From Mobula hypostoma (taxonomy: Eukaryota), in the NCBI RefSeq assembly GCF_963921235.1, contig NC_086097.1:231696001-231760000 (forward strand): a stretch of DNA of 64,000 bases. The letters run 5' to 3'. Below are positions 24,159-37,478 of this stretch, piece after piece. Below the pieces are notes generated by a model. It saw only the letters and a list, made by a program, of their open reading frames with translations. It had not been told where the DNA came from and did not search any database. Position 1 is the first letter of the stretch; every line of letters starts with the position of its first letter. A program made the translations under genes and the position numbers.

Positions 24159-24386
24159 ATAGAAGTATTTTCTGTTTCAATAGAAATGTTCATGGTTAGC
24201 ATTGCCACTGTCCATTTGGGGTTTTCACAGTGTGAACTGTCAACGTGCCAAGGAGTTTTCGATTGAGTTTAATAACGTGAATGAAAATTGATGAACATGC
24301 CCACGTATTTAGTGCACATTGTGCAAGTCAGATCCAGCTGTCACCCCTACTTTAGAATTCATTGAGTATCTAGTTCAAAACAGCAG

Positions 24387-24482
24387 GCCTGAAGAAGGAT
24401 TTCTGCCTGATATGTTGACTGTTCATTTCCATAGATGCTGCCTCATCTGCTGAATTCCTCCAGTCTTTTGTGTGTGTTGCAT
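24387..24482 (+). mobile_element. Penelope-like pseudo-LTR fragment with degenerate hammerhead core
   Basis: gcCTGAAGAaggatttctgcctGATAtgttgactg..gatgctgcc..gctgaattcctccag..tgtgtgttgc. Confidence 0.65.
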
Positions 24483-26792
24483 CAGAGCCTTCTTTGTTAC
24501 AAGCACATTGAAAATGCTGGATAACGAAAGGCCAAGGTCCACCTGGTTTGCTTGCTACTGTTCTGGTAAACACGCAGCACAATGATAGTGGAGTTGTTGA
24601 TTAATTATAGCAATTAGTTTTATAACAGTTAGTCAACAATATCCTCAGGAATGACACAAACAAAATCCTTTGGAAGACTGTTTGGAACCATGGTCTGATT
24701 CATCCATACCTCTTGTAGATCTACCATAGTAAAGGTTTCAAATTACTCTCCTATTATACAGTATACTTACATATTATTTTCTGAAAGTCGTGTATCTAAC
24801 CTACACTTTAATGATTCAGAACTATCTGTCTCTGCTGTTTCCTGGTTGATGTTTGTACTATAGATTAATGCTGGGTCACTGAAGTAGAGAACGTTTTGGA
24901 TCAGATGGGACATCATGATGTAAAACTATTCAGCCTGAGCACAACCACCCAACCTGCCTGCTTCTGGCTTTAACTGTGGTTGCGCTGTTGGTAAGAGAAT
25001 AATCTGATCTGTGGTTGTACAATCGAATATCTGAGTGAGTATTTCTGTCCCACTTTTAACCGTGGTTGTTGCTTTCTCTGGGTGTGAGAAATCCAAGCAA
25101 CTCAAAGGAAGTGGGGCAGGCAAGTGTTTTTCCAACACTGCTTCTTGCCTGGGAGAAGCAGAAATGTTCTCTGCACATCTAGCCTGGACCCACAAAACAG
25201 CCTGTAAAAACACATAATTTGTTCGGCCCACCACTCACCCCGTTCCACTGAAATCTCTTTGCAACCTGACTCCCTCCTTACACTTTCCTGAGCCCAAACA
25301 TTTCATCTTGTTCCTTTGACCCCAACCACTCAATATACTCTTCTGTGCTCCACTGTGGCCCCCCGTGAACATTTCCTTCACCCCTTATGTGAGATTCTTC
25401 AATTCTTCCCAGTAATGGGTCTTTTAAAGGTAAACCAACATCGCTCCCCTCCCAACCCCTCCTCCTGACTTCCAATTTTCCCTCTCTTACTCTTCACTTC
25501 TTTGCTGTAGGCCTCTCTGCCCAAAAGCGAACCAATTTCTTAGTTCATCTGTGTGTAGCAGGGAAAGTGACTCCAACAACAGCAGTCAGCTGCGATTCTT
25601 AAATTATCCATAGCCTTAGGAAATTCTGCCTTTCTGGGATCCCAGTCAAGTTTTTCCCTCTCTGAACCTTCCCATTAAGCTGGACAGCTTAACGCATGCT
25701 ATGCAGGTTTTGAACACAAGGAGAATGGAATGTCATCACTCTTCCTGACAACCTCCAAAGCATATGTTTAACCTCGTCAGTTTCTCTCCAGCGTTAAGAA
25801 AACCACTACCATCCTGATACCCAATAAGTATAAGGTAATATGCCTTATTTACTGTCCCACCTGGTGTCTCTGACATCCTTCATCATGAAGAGTTTTGAGA
25901 CATTTGGTGATGGCACACAGTAACTCCTGCCTCCCACAACTTTGACTGACTCCAATTGACCTATCACCAAAACAGATTCATGATGGCACCAAATCCCGCG
26001 CTCTACACTCATGTCTGGAGCATCTGGGCAGTAAAGGTACCAATGTAAGATTATTGTTTATTGGTTCTAGCTCCATATCGAATACTATAATTCCAAGCAG
26101 ACTTATTTCCAAACTTCTAGATCAGGGACTCAAGATTTCCCTTTGAATCCAGATCCTTGACTTCCTGGCAATATGCGGTCAGCTACACCTGGCATGGTTA
26201 CTCTCAACTCCAGCGCTCTTTTGGCCCCTGCTCCACTCCCTTCCCACTCATGACTACATGGGCAGGTTCTGCTCCAACTCCATTGACAAGGATACCACAG
26301 CAGTGGGCCAAATCTCAAATAATGGTGACTCAGGGTACAGGAAGGAGATGGAGAGCCTCGTGGCATGGTGTCATCATAACAATAACCTTTCCCTTAATGT
26401 CAGCAATTCAAATGAACTTCAGGAAGGACGGTAGAGCACCCGCTCCTGTTTACGTTTGAGGTTGAGAGGGTTGAAAGCTTGATGTCCCTAGAAATGAACA
26501 TCACCAATAGCCTGCCCTGGTCCTGCCAAGGAAGCACACCAGTACTTCCTCAGGAGGCTAAAGAAATTTAGTATGTCCACTTTAACCCTCACCACTTTTT
26601 ATTAATACTCCATAGAAAGTATCTAATCTGGATGCATCATGGCTCAAGACAGCGATAAACTGCAGAGAGTTGTGGACACAGCTCAGCACATCATGGAAAG
26701 CATCCTCCCCTCCATGGACTCTGCCTACACTTGGGGCCTTGCCCACTGTTATAATACTATTGAACAGCCCTCTAGTACACCTCATAATGACA

Positions 26793-27115
26793 TAAAGGCA
26801 GCACCTTCCAGACCCACGACCACTACCATCTGGAAAGACGAGAACAGCATATACCTGGGAACACCACCTTTTGGAAATCCCCCTCCTAGTCGCTCACCGC
26901 CCTGACTTGGAAACATATCGCTGTTCCTTCATTGTCGTTGGGTCAAAATCACAGCATTCCCTCCCTAACAACACTGCGGGTGTACCTACACCTCAGGGAC
27001 TGCAGCGGTTCAAGAAGGCAACTCATCACCACCTTCTCAAGGGCAACTAGGGATGGGCAATAAATGCTGGCTTAGATGGCGATGCCCACATCCTGTAAAT
27101 GAATAAATAAATAAA
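26793..27115 (+). mobile_element. LINE 3' end (CR1/L2 superfamily)
   Basis: ccctgacttggaaacatatcg..ttcaagaaggcaactcatcaccaccttctcaagggcaactagggatgggcaataaatgctggc..(TAAA)n tail. Confidence 0.6.
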
Positions 27116-27599
27116 GAATGCAGGTTATGCCCTCTGGCTCAGTTTTTTTGCACTTGGGTCTTCATTATCTCTCCCCTTTTGAGAAGCAACTGCAAACTTT
27201 TCATCTTCTCTTTTTGTTGGAAACATGTACAACTTACAGAATGGCTCATAATCCAGATTCAGATCAGTAACTGGTCCTTCTGACCCAGAGAGCCTGCCAC
27301 CCAATAACGCCCATTTGACCAATTAACATATGATAATCCCAAGTGGTCATGGGGAGAATGTGCAAACTTCTTACAGGCAGGAACTGGAATTGAACCCAGG
27401 TCACTGGCATTGTAATAGCGTTATGCTACCGGCTATGGCACCATGTTATTGTCTCAATCATTCTGATGTTCTCTGCTGTCCCTCAATATCTACATTACCC
27501 TTTTAGAGCCGTACTGCATGCAATATCTTGGAACAATTTATAAAGTGGACGATTCCTTCCTAGCGCTGACTTGATACTGATGTCAATCCATCAGCTGTG

Positions 27600-28505
27600 G
27601 GAAGGTGATAAATTGGAAGATGGCAGATTGTGACATTGTTAGACAGGAGCTGGGGGAAGTTAACTGGGAGCAGCTGCTGTCGGGCAAGTCCATGTCTGAC
27701 GTGCAGGAGTTGTTTAAAGACCAGTTGATCAGTGCTCAGGTTTGGCATGTCCCAGCAAGGAGGAAGGACAAGGGTGGCAGGGTTAGGAACCCTGGATGAT
27801 GATGAACTCAGTCAACAGAAAAGGGTAAGGTTTACAAAACTAAAAACAGACAGGGTCCTTGAGGAATATAGAATTGGCAAGAAAGAACTCAAGCAGATGA
27901 TGAGAAAGAAAAAAAGGAGCTTTGAAATGTCCTAAACAAGTCGGATTACAGAGAACCCCAAGGCATTTTATACTTGCATTAAAAACAAGAGGATAACTAG
28001 GGTGAGGGTAGGACCACTTAAGGATAAAGAGGACAATTTATGCTTGGAATTAGAGGATGTGGGCCAAGTACTAAATGAGTACTTTGAATCAATATTCACC
28101 AAGGAGAAAGACATGGAGGACAGTGAGAGCAAGGTATGTCATGCTGATGTGCCAGAACATTTTGAGATCAGTAAGGAGATGGTGCAGGTTCTTTTGAAGA
28201 GCATCAAGGTAGATAAATCCCTGATGGCATATATCCGAAGTCATTAAAAGAGTCAAGCAAAAGATCGTTGGGGCCTTGATAATGATTATTCTAACCTCAC
28301 TAGCAGCAGGCACAACTCTGGAGGACTATAGAAATGCCTATGTGATGGGGAAGCTATTGGGGAAGATTTCTTAAGAGTACCATTTACATGTATTTGGGAA
28401 AACATGCCCAAATTAGAGACAGTCAGAATAGCTTTCTGCTGGGCAAACTTGATTGATTTTGTTGAGGAGGAGACAAAGGTGATCGATGAAGGTAGATCTG
28501 TGGAC
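27600..28505 (+). mobile_element. Old CR1 LINE internal fragment
   Basis: NWKMADCDIVRQELGEVNWEQLL..NPKAFY..VGPLKDKEDNLC..LNEYFESIFTKE..IKVDKS with multiple lesions. Confidence 0.75.
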
Positions 28506-28596
28506 ATTATTATTATTATTTCTTTATTTTTCTATTTGTATTTACACAATTTGTCATTTTTTGCACATTGGTTGTTTGTCCGTCTTGTTGGGTGCG

Positions 28597-29566
28597 GTCT
28601 GGATGATAATGTGGTAAACTGGATCAGCAAATTTGCTGATGATACAAAGATTGGAGGTGTAGTAGACAGTGAGGAAGGTTTTCAGAGCCTGCAGAGGGAC
28701 TTGGACCAGCTGGAAAAATGGGCTGAAAAATGGCAGATTGAGTTTAATACAGACAAGTGTGAAGTATTGCACGTTGGAAGGACAAACCAAGGTAGAACAT
28801 ACAGGGTTAATGGTAAGGCACTGAGGAGTGCAGTAGAACAGAGGGATCTGGGAATACAGATACAAAATTCTCTAAAAGTGGCATCACAAGTAGATAGGAT
28901 CGTAAAGAGAGCTTTTGGTACATTGGCCTTTACTAATCAAAGTATTGAGTATAAGAGCTGGAATGTTATGATGAGGTTGTATAAGGCATTGGTGAGGCCG
29001 AATCTGGAGTATTGTGTTCAGTTTTGGTCACCAAATTACAGGAAGGATATAAATAAGGTTGAAAGAGTGCAGAGAAAGTTTACGAGGATGTTGCCGGGAC
29101 TTGAGAAACTCAGTTACAGAGAAAGGTTGAATAGGTTAGGACTTTATTCCCTGGAGCGTAGAAGAATGACGGGAGATTTGATAGAGGTATATAAAGTTAT
29201 GATGGGTATAGATAGAATGAATGCAAGCAGGCTTTTTCCACTGAGGCAAGGGGAGAAAAAAACCAGAGGACATGGGTTAAGGGTGGGGGGGGGGAAGGGA
29301 GTTAAAGGGAACATTAAGGGGGTCTTCTTCACACAGAGAGTGGTGGGAGTATGGAATGAGCTGCCGGACAAGGTGGTAAATGTGGGTTCTTTTTTAACAT
29401 TTGAGAATAAATTGGACAGATACATGGATGGGAGGTGTATGGAGGGATATGGTCCGTGTGCAGGTCAGTGGACGAGGCAGAAAATGGTTCGGCACAGCCA
29501 AGAAGGGCCAAAAGGCCTGTTTCTGTGCTGTAGTTTTTCTATGGTTTCTATGGTTTCTATGTTTCT
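28597..29566 (+). mobile_element. CR1 LINE, 5'-truncated, young; inserted in a non-LTR 3'-tail fragment (28505-28596 plus 29567-29675)
   Basis: Open frame LDDNVVNWISKFADDTKIGG..LEYCVQFWSPNY..FFTQRVVGVWNELP; (TTTCTATGG)n tail. Confidence 0.92.
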
Positions 29567-31279
29567 ACTGTGTTTCTTGTATTTACTGTGAATGCCCGCA
29601 GGAAAATGAAGCTCAGGGTTGTATATAGTGACATATAGTACTTTGATAATGAATTTACTCTGAATCTTGAACTTTAAATGTTGATGATGGAGGAACATGT
29701 ATGTTGAATGTGCATCGTGAGGGTTGTAAGAGGATCTAAACCGCTGCATTGACAGATTTGGTGGAAAACGATGATTATTGATCTTCTTGATATTGAGACT
29801 GATGAAATTCCTGGGAAATCAGCATGCCAGTGAGGTGTAGTCTTCATCACAGCCTTTGAGGACCTGTTGCTAGGGAGCAAATACTTTGGAAACATCAGTG
29901 AAAAGAACTGAAGAGTGAAGAACAGAATAAACTAGACACTCCCCTGATTTATAGATCAATAGATATTGAAGAGATTCATGTGACTTATTTATGTGAGTAT
30001 TTGGATTTGTCACTCTCTACAAATACAAAGTATTGCACAATATAACCAAATTTAAGTCTGCTGAGTACACAGCTGGCGTGGACGAATTGGGCAGAATGGA
30101 CTGTTTTTGTGCTGTATGACCCTGTAACAACTGGAAATTTCCAGATTAGTTCTGACGAAAAGCTTTAACATATTATAGCATCATTTCAAAACACTACAAC
30201 ATGAAAGATTTACAAAAGCAACTGGAAATTATTCCATTCCTTATATGGTAATTTATATATATATATTGGAGATCAATAATTGTTGACCTTACTCCGTTTT
30301 GCGGTTCTGTCGTGACAAATAACATTTCTATTTTCAAGTTATTTGATATTGTGAAAGGTACAACAGTGCAGTTCACAAGGACTCTCCTCCCACTTATTTC
30401 ATTAGGAAACAAAATGTTCCAAGGTTTCGCATTAACACTGGCTCGCTAGTACATTTGGCAGCAAATCAGCATAAGTAGGAATGTGATCATTTGATGGGCC
30501 AAAATATTCCTCCAGTGACCACAGCATTCTTTTGTACACAGCAACTTGTTTTCACAGCTCATTTCCAAAATATTCTTTTCTCTGTATTAATTTTGGTGGA
30601 CAGTCTGTTGACTAGATGGTCTTAACAAAGCTAACAGTTTCCACTAACTTTTGTCAGCCTTTTACCCTTAAGGAATGTTGTCAGTTCCTCACTATCAACA
30701 AACCTCCCATGAGTTGCCTTGGGAGGCCTGACAGCTGCTTTGATAGATTGTCTTCTGTGTTATGTGATTCTGTCTTTTGATCCTACAATCTAATTTAGAG
30801 CACCATGTTCAAGATTACTCTGGTGAGAGTCTAACGGATCTTTGTTCATCCTCTTTCAATTCTCTACTGTCCTCAGTACATCGAAACATTCAACGTTGGT
30901 CCTCCAGTGCTGGCAGGATTCTATCAGTGTGCACAAGGGGCTCTTCGTTGGTTCCTTCCTGTCCGCATTGATGTGAAGGCCTTAAACAGTACTTACTCAA
31001 CCATGAAATCGGATTCCCAAATGTGGAACAATATCAACTTCTTTATTGATGGCAAGGCTATTGTCCCAGTTTACCCTTTTAATGTCAGTCCAGATAAGAT
31101 AAAACTTAAGTCTAAACATCGACAAACCAAAACTAGTATTTCCACCTAAACATAAGAGTCCAAGAGCTACACAGTATGGAAAAAGGCCCTTCAACCCAGA
31201 CGGTCTGTGTCAATCAAATTGCCCCATCCCAAGCAAGTTACATTTGGCAGCGTTTGGTCTATAACGTAGAACATCGGTA

Positions 31280-31545
31280 TACGGCATGGTGGTGTAGTGG
31301 TTAGCACAACGCTTTACAGTACAGGTGACCTAGGTTCAATTCCTAACGCTGCTTTTAAGGAGTTTGTATGTTCTCCCCATGACCAAGTGGGTTTGCTCCG
31401 GCTTAATCCAGTTGGCGGTTAATTGGTCGTTGTAAATTGTCGGTGATTAGGCTGGCGGTAATTTCGTGGGTTGCTCTGCGGTGCGGCTTGAAGGGCCGGA
31501 AGAGCCGACTCCACATGGTATCTCAATAAATAAACAAACAAACAG
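31280..31545 (+). mobile_element. V-domain (HE1-like) SINE
   Basis: ggtggtgtagtggttagc A box, ggttcaattcc B box, ggagtttgtatgttctcccc core, tctcaataaataaac tail. Confidence 0.75.
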
Positions 31546-31925
31546 TAAATAACAGCTCAGTGCAGGCACTTCAGCCCACGATGTTGTGCCGACCTTCTAA
31601 CCTGCTCAAGATCAATGCAACCCTTCTCTCCTACTTAATTTCTGTCATCAATGTACCTAAGAGTTTCTCAGAAGCCTCTTCCAGTACCACTGGCAGAGTG
31701 TTCTGTACACCCACCACTCCGTGTAAAGACCTTGCCTCTGACATCCCCCATACACGTTCCCCCAATCACCATAAAATTATGCTCCCTTGTATTATCCACT
31801 TCTAGCCTGGGAAAAAAAAGTCTCAAGCTATCCACTCTATCTATACCTTTGATCATCTCGTAGACCCCTATCAGGTACCCCTCATCCTTCTGCACTCTGA
31901 AGAGGAAAACTCTAGGTCACTCATG
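31546..31925 (-). mobile_element. CR1 3' remnant
   Basis: ORF 31668-31895 LIGVYEMIKGIDRVDSLRLFFPR..GDVRGKVFT. Confidence 0.75.
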
Positions 31926-31947
31926 ATTTCATCAATCTGTTAGACTA

Positions 31948-32330
31948 CCAGGATGGCGGTGTGGAGATACGTCTCTACCAAAGGAGGTGTAATGTGCTCC
32001 TTCCTCCCCATTAGCCAGCAGGTCACCCTTGGACAAGGTGTAGCACCTGTAAGCCCCTCGATCAGGTTCGTGTGAAGCCATGGGAGCAGGTGATGGATAG
32101 TCAAATGAGCACTGGTCATATGGTCGTGTCCTGGTTATGCAGCCACTGATGCCATGCAAACAATCCCTGAAGAGTATTGATAATGGTTAGGGTCACCTGA
32201 CTTGTAAAGACACTGCCTAGAAGAAGGCAATGGCAAGCCACTTCTGTAGAAATATTTGCCAAGAACAGTCATGGTCCTGGAAAGACCATGATCGCTCACT
32301 TCATACGACACAGCACATAACGAACGAATG
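31948..32330 (+). mobile_element. Non-autonomous RTE-derived element
   Basis: agaagaaggcaatggcaagccacttctgtag..ttgccaagaa..catgg resembles the Bov-A/RTE motif GAAGGCAATGGCA.CCACTCC; (GAAC)n-like tail. Confidence 0.55.
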
Positions 32331-33093
32331 GTGGACTACCACCTGAAGCTAATGATGAGGATGCATAGCAATGCCGTCACTGTCCATTTGCAAAGACTAC
32401 CATTTTCCCTGCCAGAACACCATTAACTTTTACCTCAGAACCTCTCCCATCTGTGCCAAGAACCTAAAGCTTGCCTTAGTTACACACAGAAGCCCATTCC
32501 AAAATTGGCCTCAATCCCTTCAAATATTTTTGAGAGGCATAACCCCCCAAACTGTCACAAGAACTGAGACCAGCTCATTTGTCTCTATGAACACTTTTGA
32601 AATTTAAAATAAGAATGATGGTATTCTCTTCAAGCAAACCTCTATTTTATATATAGTTATTTCTGTAATTGAGCTGATTTCAAGTATCTATAAATCAGCT
32701 TTTATAGCAAACACTTTAAATACAATTTACACACAGAAGGCTGTAAAACATAAGATACAATGATAACTGAAGATAAATTTGCTTCTTAGCTACTCATGTC
32801 ATTTTACAGGTAGGGAGACCGTGAAGGTAAATTATTATCTGTGATACTTTAATGATAAATACACCATTAATAGAGATTAGGATGAAGTGGGATAATATTT
32901 ATATAATATTGCTTATCATTTTGTCATTTTATATCTGCCAGACCCAAGCCTGTAGTTCCTTGAGTTGTTTCAACAGTAAAAAGCAAAAGAACTGTTAATT
33001 GTGTATAGTTGGGTCTTTGGATATCTCTTGTGTGACAAAGTCAATATTATTCAGTAGAAAGTAACTGCAGAATATCCTGCTTTCGTTCTGTTT

Positions 33094-33552
33094 AGAAACA
33101 TAGAAACATAGAAAATAGGTGCAGGAGTAGGCCATTCGGCCCTTCGAGCCTGCACCGCCATTTATTATGATCATGGCTGATCATCCAACTCAGAACCTCG
33201 CCCCAGCCTTCCCTCCATACCCCCTGATCCCCGTAGCCACAAGGGCCATATCTAACTCCCTCTTAAACATAGCCAATGAACTGGCCTCAACTGTTTCCTG
33301 TGGCAGAGAATTCCACAGATTCACCACTCTCTGTGTGAAGAAGTTTTTCCTAATCTCGGTCCTAAAAGGCTTCCCCTCTATCCTCAAACTGTGACCCCTC
33401 GTTCTGGACTTCCCCAACATCGGGAACAATCTTCCTGCATCTAGCCTGTCCAATCCCTTTAGGATTTTATACGTTTCAATCAGATCCCCCCTCAATCTTC
33501 TAAATTCCAACGAGTACAAGCCCAGTTCATCCAGTCTTTCTTCATATGAAAG
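33094..33552 (-). mobile_element. CR1 LINE 3' fragment, young
   Basis: ORF 33190-33519 YSLEFRRLRGDLIETYKILKGLD..FFTQRVVNLWNSLP; (TTTCTATG)n tail. Confidence 0.92.
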
Positions 33553-34334
33553 TCATATGTTCTACTATGTAAGTTTATAGTAATTGAAAGAAGGTTTAAA
33601 TTATTCTTTTTGATGAGAGGAAGATGGAAGAGACAGTTAGGTGCTAAATTTGCTTTCTATCCCTTGTTGTCCTACCGAATTGTATTGTTGCAATTCTTGT
33701 GGCGATGGTGGTTAATGCCAACAGCTGTTTTCAGTTCATAATGGCTTTCTGATCACCCCAGTGGATATTAAAATTCAGTCATTTGGATGGGTGGGCCAGA
33801 CTGCTTGGCAACCTCAATTAGATTAAGTCTGTTGGGGCATTTTGTAACATCTTTATGTGTTGAGGCTATAGAAATGCAAGCTTGTATGTTCATTTTACTG
33901 AAGATTGCAATAAATCAACTGAATTTTACAATAAAATCCAACTTTCATCTTATTGTTTTCCCGTGTAAATCCCTAGATTCTCCATTTTGAAAACTTGGAG
34001 GGATTTGAATACTGAATCTCTAAGCTGTTTACACCATAGCCACAGCAACTGTGTTTTAAACTTTGTCTCCCATCTTCTTCCTCATGCAATAAAATGATCT
34101 AAGTCACTTCACGCTCCTTTCTTCATAATAATAAATAATAAAATACAAAAAAATACCATTCATAATATTTGGTGTATTTGTTTTCAAAATAATATGTAAA
34201 ATAACTTGCTGTAAAGCAGTAGTGCAGTAATTTTAAAAAAGCACAAGGAGAATCATTAAGATCTTCTCTCACATTTGTTTGTTTTGAGTCAATGCTCAAC
34301 TCTGCAAGAAAAAGAATCCATATTTCATTCGGAG

Positions 34335-34915
34335 TTTGAGGAGATTTGGTTTGTCACTTAAAACACACAAATTTCTTTAGATGTACTGTGGCTGTATTCT
34401 GACTGGCTGATGCACCATGTGGTATGTTTGGGGGGATGGGGGGGAACTACTGCACGGGATCGAAGTGAGCTGCAGAGGGTTGTAAAATTAGTCACCTCCA
34501 TCACGGATACCAGCCTCCGCAGTATCCAAGACATTTTCAAGGAGCGGTGCCTCAGAAAGATGACACCCATTATTAAGGACCCACTTCACCCAGGGCATGC
34601 CCTCTTCTCATTCTTACTATTGGGAAGGACATGCAGAAGGCTGAAAGCACACACTCAACGATTCAGGAATAGCTTATTCCCCTCTGCCATCTGATTCCTA
34701 AATGCACATTCAACCTGTGAACATTACCTCGCTACTTTCTTATTGTATTTCTTTTTTTCCCCTGCATTACTTATTTAATTTAACTATTTAATATATGCCT
34801 ACTGTAATTCACAGTTTTCCCCCTATACTATCATGTATTACATTGTACTGTTGCGGAAAAGTTAACACATTTCATGGCATCTGCCGGTGATACTAACTCT
34901 GATTCTGATTCTGAC
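34335..34915 (+). mobile_element. Rex1/Babar-type LINE 3' fragment, degenerate
   Basis: LQRVVK..ITDTSLRSIQDIF..IIKDPLHPGHALF..RFRNSLFPSAI; (GATTCT)n tail. Confidence 0.75.
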
Positions 34916-35439
34916 ACCTCTGTGATTTTTCATGCCTACTATTAGAGATTCCAGTTTGATTTACATGCTGCTTTCCCTGCCAGCCTTGTATTTGTGTCCC
35001 AGAATTTCCTTTTTTTTTTCAAAATGAAGCGTTCTAGTGCAAGGTTTGTGTGGTTCTCTGCCAAGGCTGGAGTGAGTAGAGAATAGAAGATAAGTCAGGA
35101 ATTAATAGTTTGTTGACGCCAGCCTTGAGATTATGGGAGGCAGGGGAATGAAAGGAGGTTAGAATGAAAGATTTCTAAGAAAACTGATAAAGAGCTGGAC
35201 AACCGAGTTATCGTTTTATTGGGGAAGTGGGAATGGTATCAAGGAGTATTAATGAATGATTGTTCATGGTATATTGTGAAAATGGTTATGAGGTCTTCAG
35301 ATGGAATCATTTCTGAACTCCATCCACTCCTATTTTTCCCTTTCTTACCATGGAAACATATCGAATGGTGAAAAGCCTTGATGTAGTGGATATGGAGACG
35401 ATGGAGGAATCTAGGACCAGAGGGCATTGTCTCAGAATA

Positions 35440-37478
35440 GTGTACAAAGGCTGTTGTAAATCTAATCATGGTGTACAAAGACTGTTGTAAATCTAGTCAA
35501 GAGGAAAAGAAGAGCTTATGGAAGGTTCAAAAAGCTAGCAAATGATAGAGATCTACAAGATTATAAAGCTAGTAGGAAGGAGCTTAAGAAAGAAATTAGG
35601 AGAGCCAGAAGGGGCCATGTGAAGGCCTTGGTGGATAGGATTAAGGAAAACCACAAGGCATTCTACAAGTATGTGAAGAGCAAGAAGATAAGACATGAGA
35701 GAATAGGACCAATCAAGTGTGACAGTGGAAAAGTGTGTATGGAACCGAAGGAGATAGCAGAGGTACTTAATGAGTACTCTGCTTCAGTATTCACTACGGA
35801 AAAGGATCTTGGTGATTGTAGGGATGACTTACAGTGGACTGAAAAGTTTGAGCATGTAGATGTTAAGAAAGAGGATGTGTGGGAGATTTTGGAAAGCATC
35901 AAGTTGGATAAGTCACCTGGGCCGGATGAGATGTACCCCAGTCTACTATGGGAGGCAAGGGAGGAGATTGCTAAGCCTCTGGTGATGATCTTTGCGTCAT
36001 CAGTGGGGACAGGAGAGGTTCTGGAGGATTGGAGGATTGCGGATATTGTTCCCCATAGTTCAAGAAAGGGAGTAGAGATAGCCCAGGAAATTATAGACCA
36101 GTGAGTCTTACTTCAGTGGTCAGTAAGATGAAGGAGAAGATCCTGAGAGGCAGGATTTATGAACAATTGAAGAGGCGTAATATGATTAGGAATAGTCAGC
36201 ACGGCTTTGTCAAAGGCAGGTCGTGCCTTACGAGCCTGACTGAATTTCTTGAGGATGTGACTAAACACATTGATGAAGGAAGAGCAGTAGATGTAGTGTA
36301 TATGGATTTCAGCAAGGCATTTGACATGGTATCCTATGCAAAGCTTATTGAGAAAGTAAGAAGGCATGGGATCCAAGGCGACATTGCTTTGTGGATCCAG
36401 AACTGGCTTGCCCACAGAAGGCAAAGAGTGGTTGTAGATGGGTCATTTTCTGCATGAAGGTCGGTGAACAGTAGTGTGCCTCAGGGATCTGTTCTGGGAC
36501 CCCTACTCGTTGTGATTTTTATAAATGTTCTGATGAAAAAGTGGAGGGATGGGTGAGTAAATTTGCAGATGACACAAAGGTTGGAGGTGTTGTGGATAGT
36601 GTGGAGGGCTACCAGAGGTTGCAGCGGGACATTGATAGGATACAAAACTGGGCTGAGAAGTGGCAGATGGAGTTCCACCCAGATAAGTGTGAGTTGGTTC
36701 ATTTTGGTAAGTCAAATATGATGACAGAATATAGTATTACTGGTAAGACTCTTCGCAGTGTGGCGGATCAGAGGGATCTTGGGGTCTGAGTCCATAGGAC
36801 ACTCAAGGCTGTTGTGCAGGTTGACTCTGTGGTTAAGAAAGCACACGGTGCATTGGCCTTCATCAATTGTGGGATTGAGTTTAGGAGCTGAGAGGTAATG
36901 TTGCAGCTATATAGGATCCTGGTCAGACCCCACTTGGAGTACTGTGCTCAGTTCTGGTCGCCTCACTACAGGAAGGATGTGAAAACCATAGAAAGGGTGC
37001 AGAGGAGATTTACAAGGATGTTGCCTGGATTGGGGAGCACGCCTTATGAGAATAAGTTGAGTGAACTCGGCCTTTTTTCCTTGGAGTGACGGAGCATGAG
37101 AGGTGACCTGATAGAGGTGTATAAGATGATGAGAGGCATCGATCGTGTGGATAGTCAGAGGCTTTTTCCCAGGGCTGAAATGTCTCGCACAAGAGGGCAC
37201 AGTTTTACAGTGCTTGGAAGTAGGCACAGAGGAGATGTCAGGGGTAAGTTTTTTACACAGAGAGTGGTGAGTGCATGGAATGGGCTGCTGGCGACTGTGG
37301 TGGAGGTGGATACGATAGGGTCTTTTAAGAGACTCTAGGACAGGTATGTGGAGCTCGGAAAAATAGAGGACTATGGGTAACCCTAGGTAGTTTCTCAGGT
37401 AAGGACATGTTTGGCACAGTTTTGTGGTCGAAGGACCTGTATTGTGCTGTAGGTTTTCTATGTTCTATGTTCTATTCT
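35440..37478 (+). mobile_element. CR1 LINE ~2 kb fragment inserted into an older CR1 3' end (35335-35440 plus 37480-37755)
   Basis: Consecutive ORFs with [46 protein letters not shown]; ttctatgttctatg tail. Confidence 0.9.

Noticed and set aside
28404..29591. 395-aa ORF as a novel membrane-anchored RT fusion gene
   Set aside because: Chance in-frame join of an old CR1 piece, a T-rich LINE 3' UTR (the hydrophobic stretch) and a young CR1; covers only part of RT
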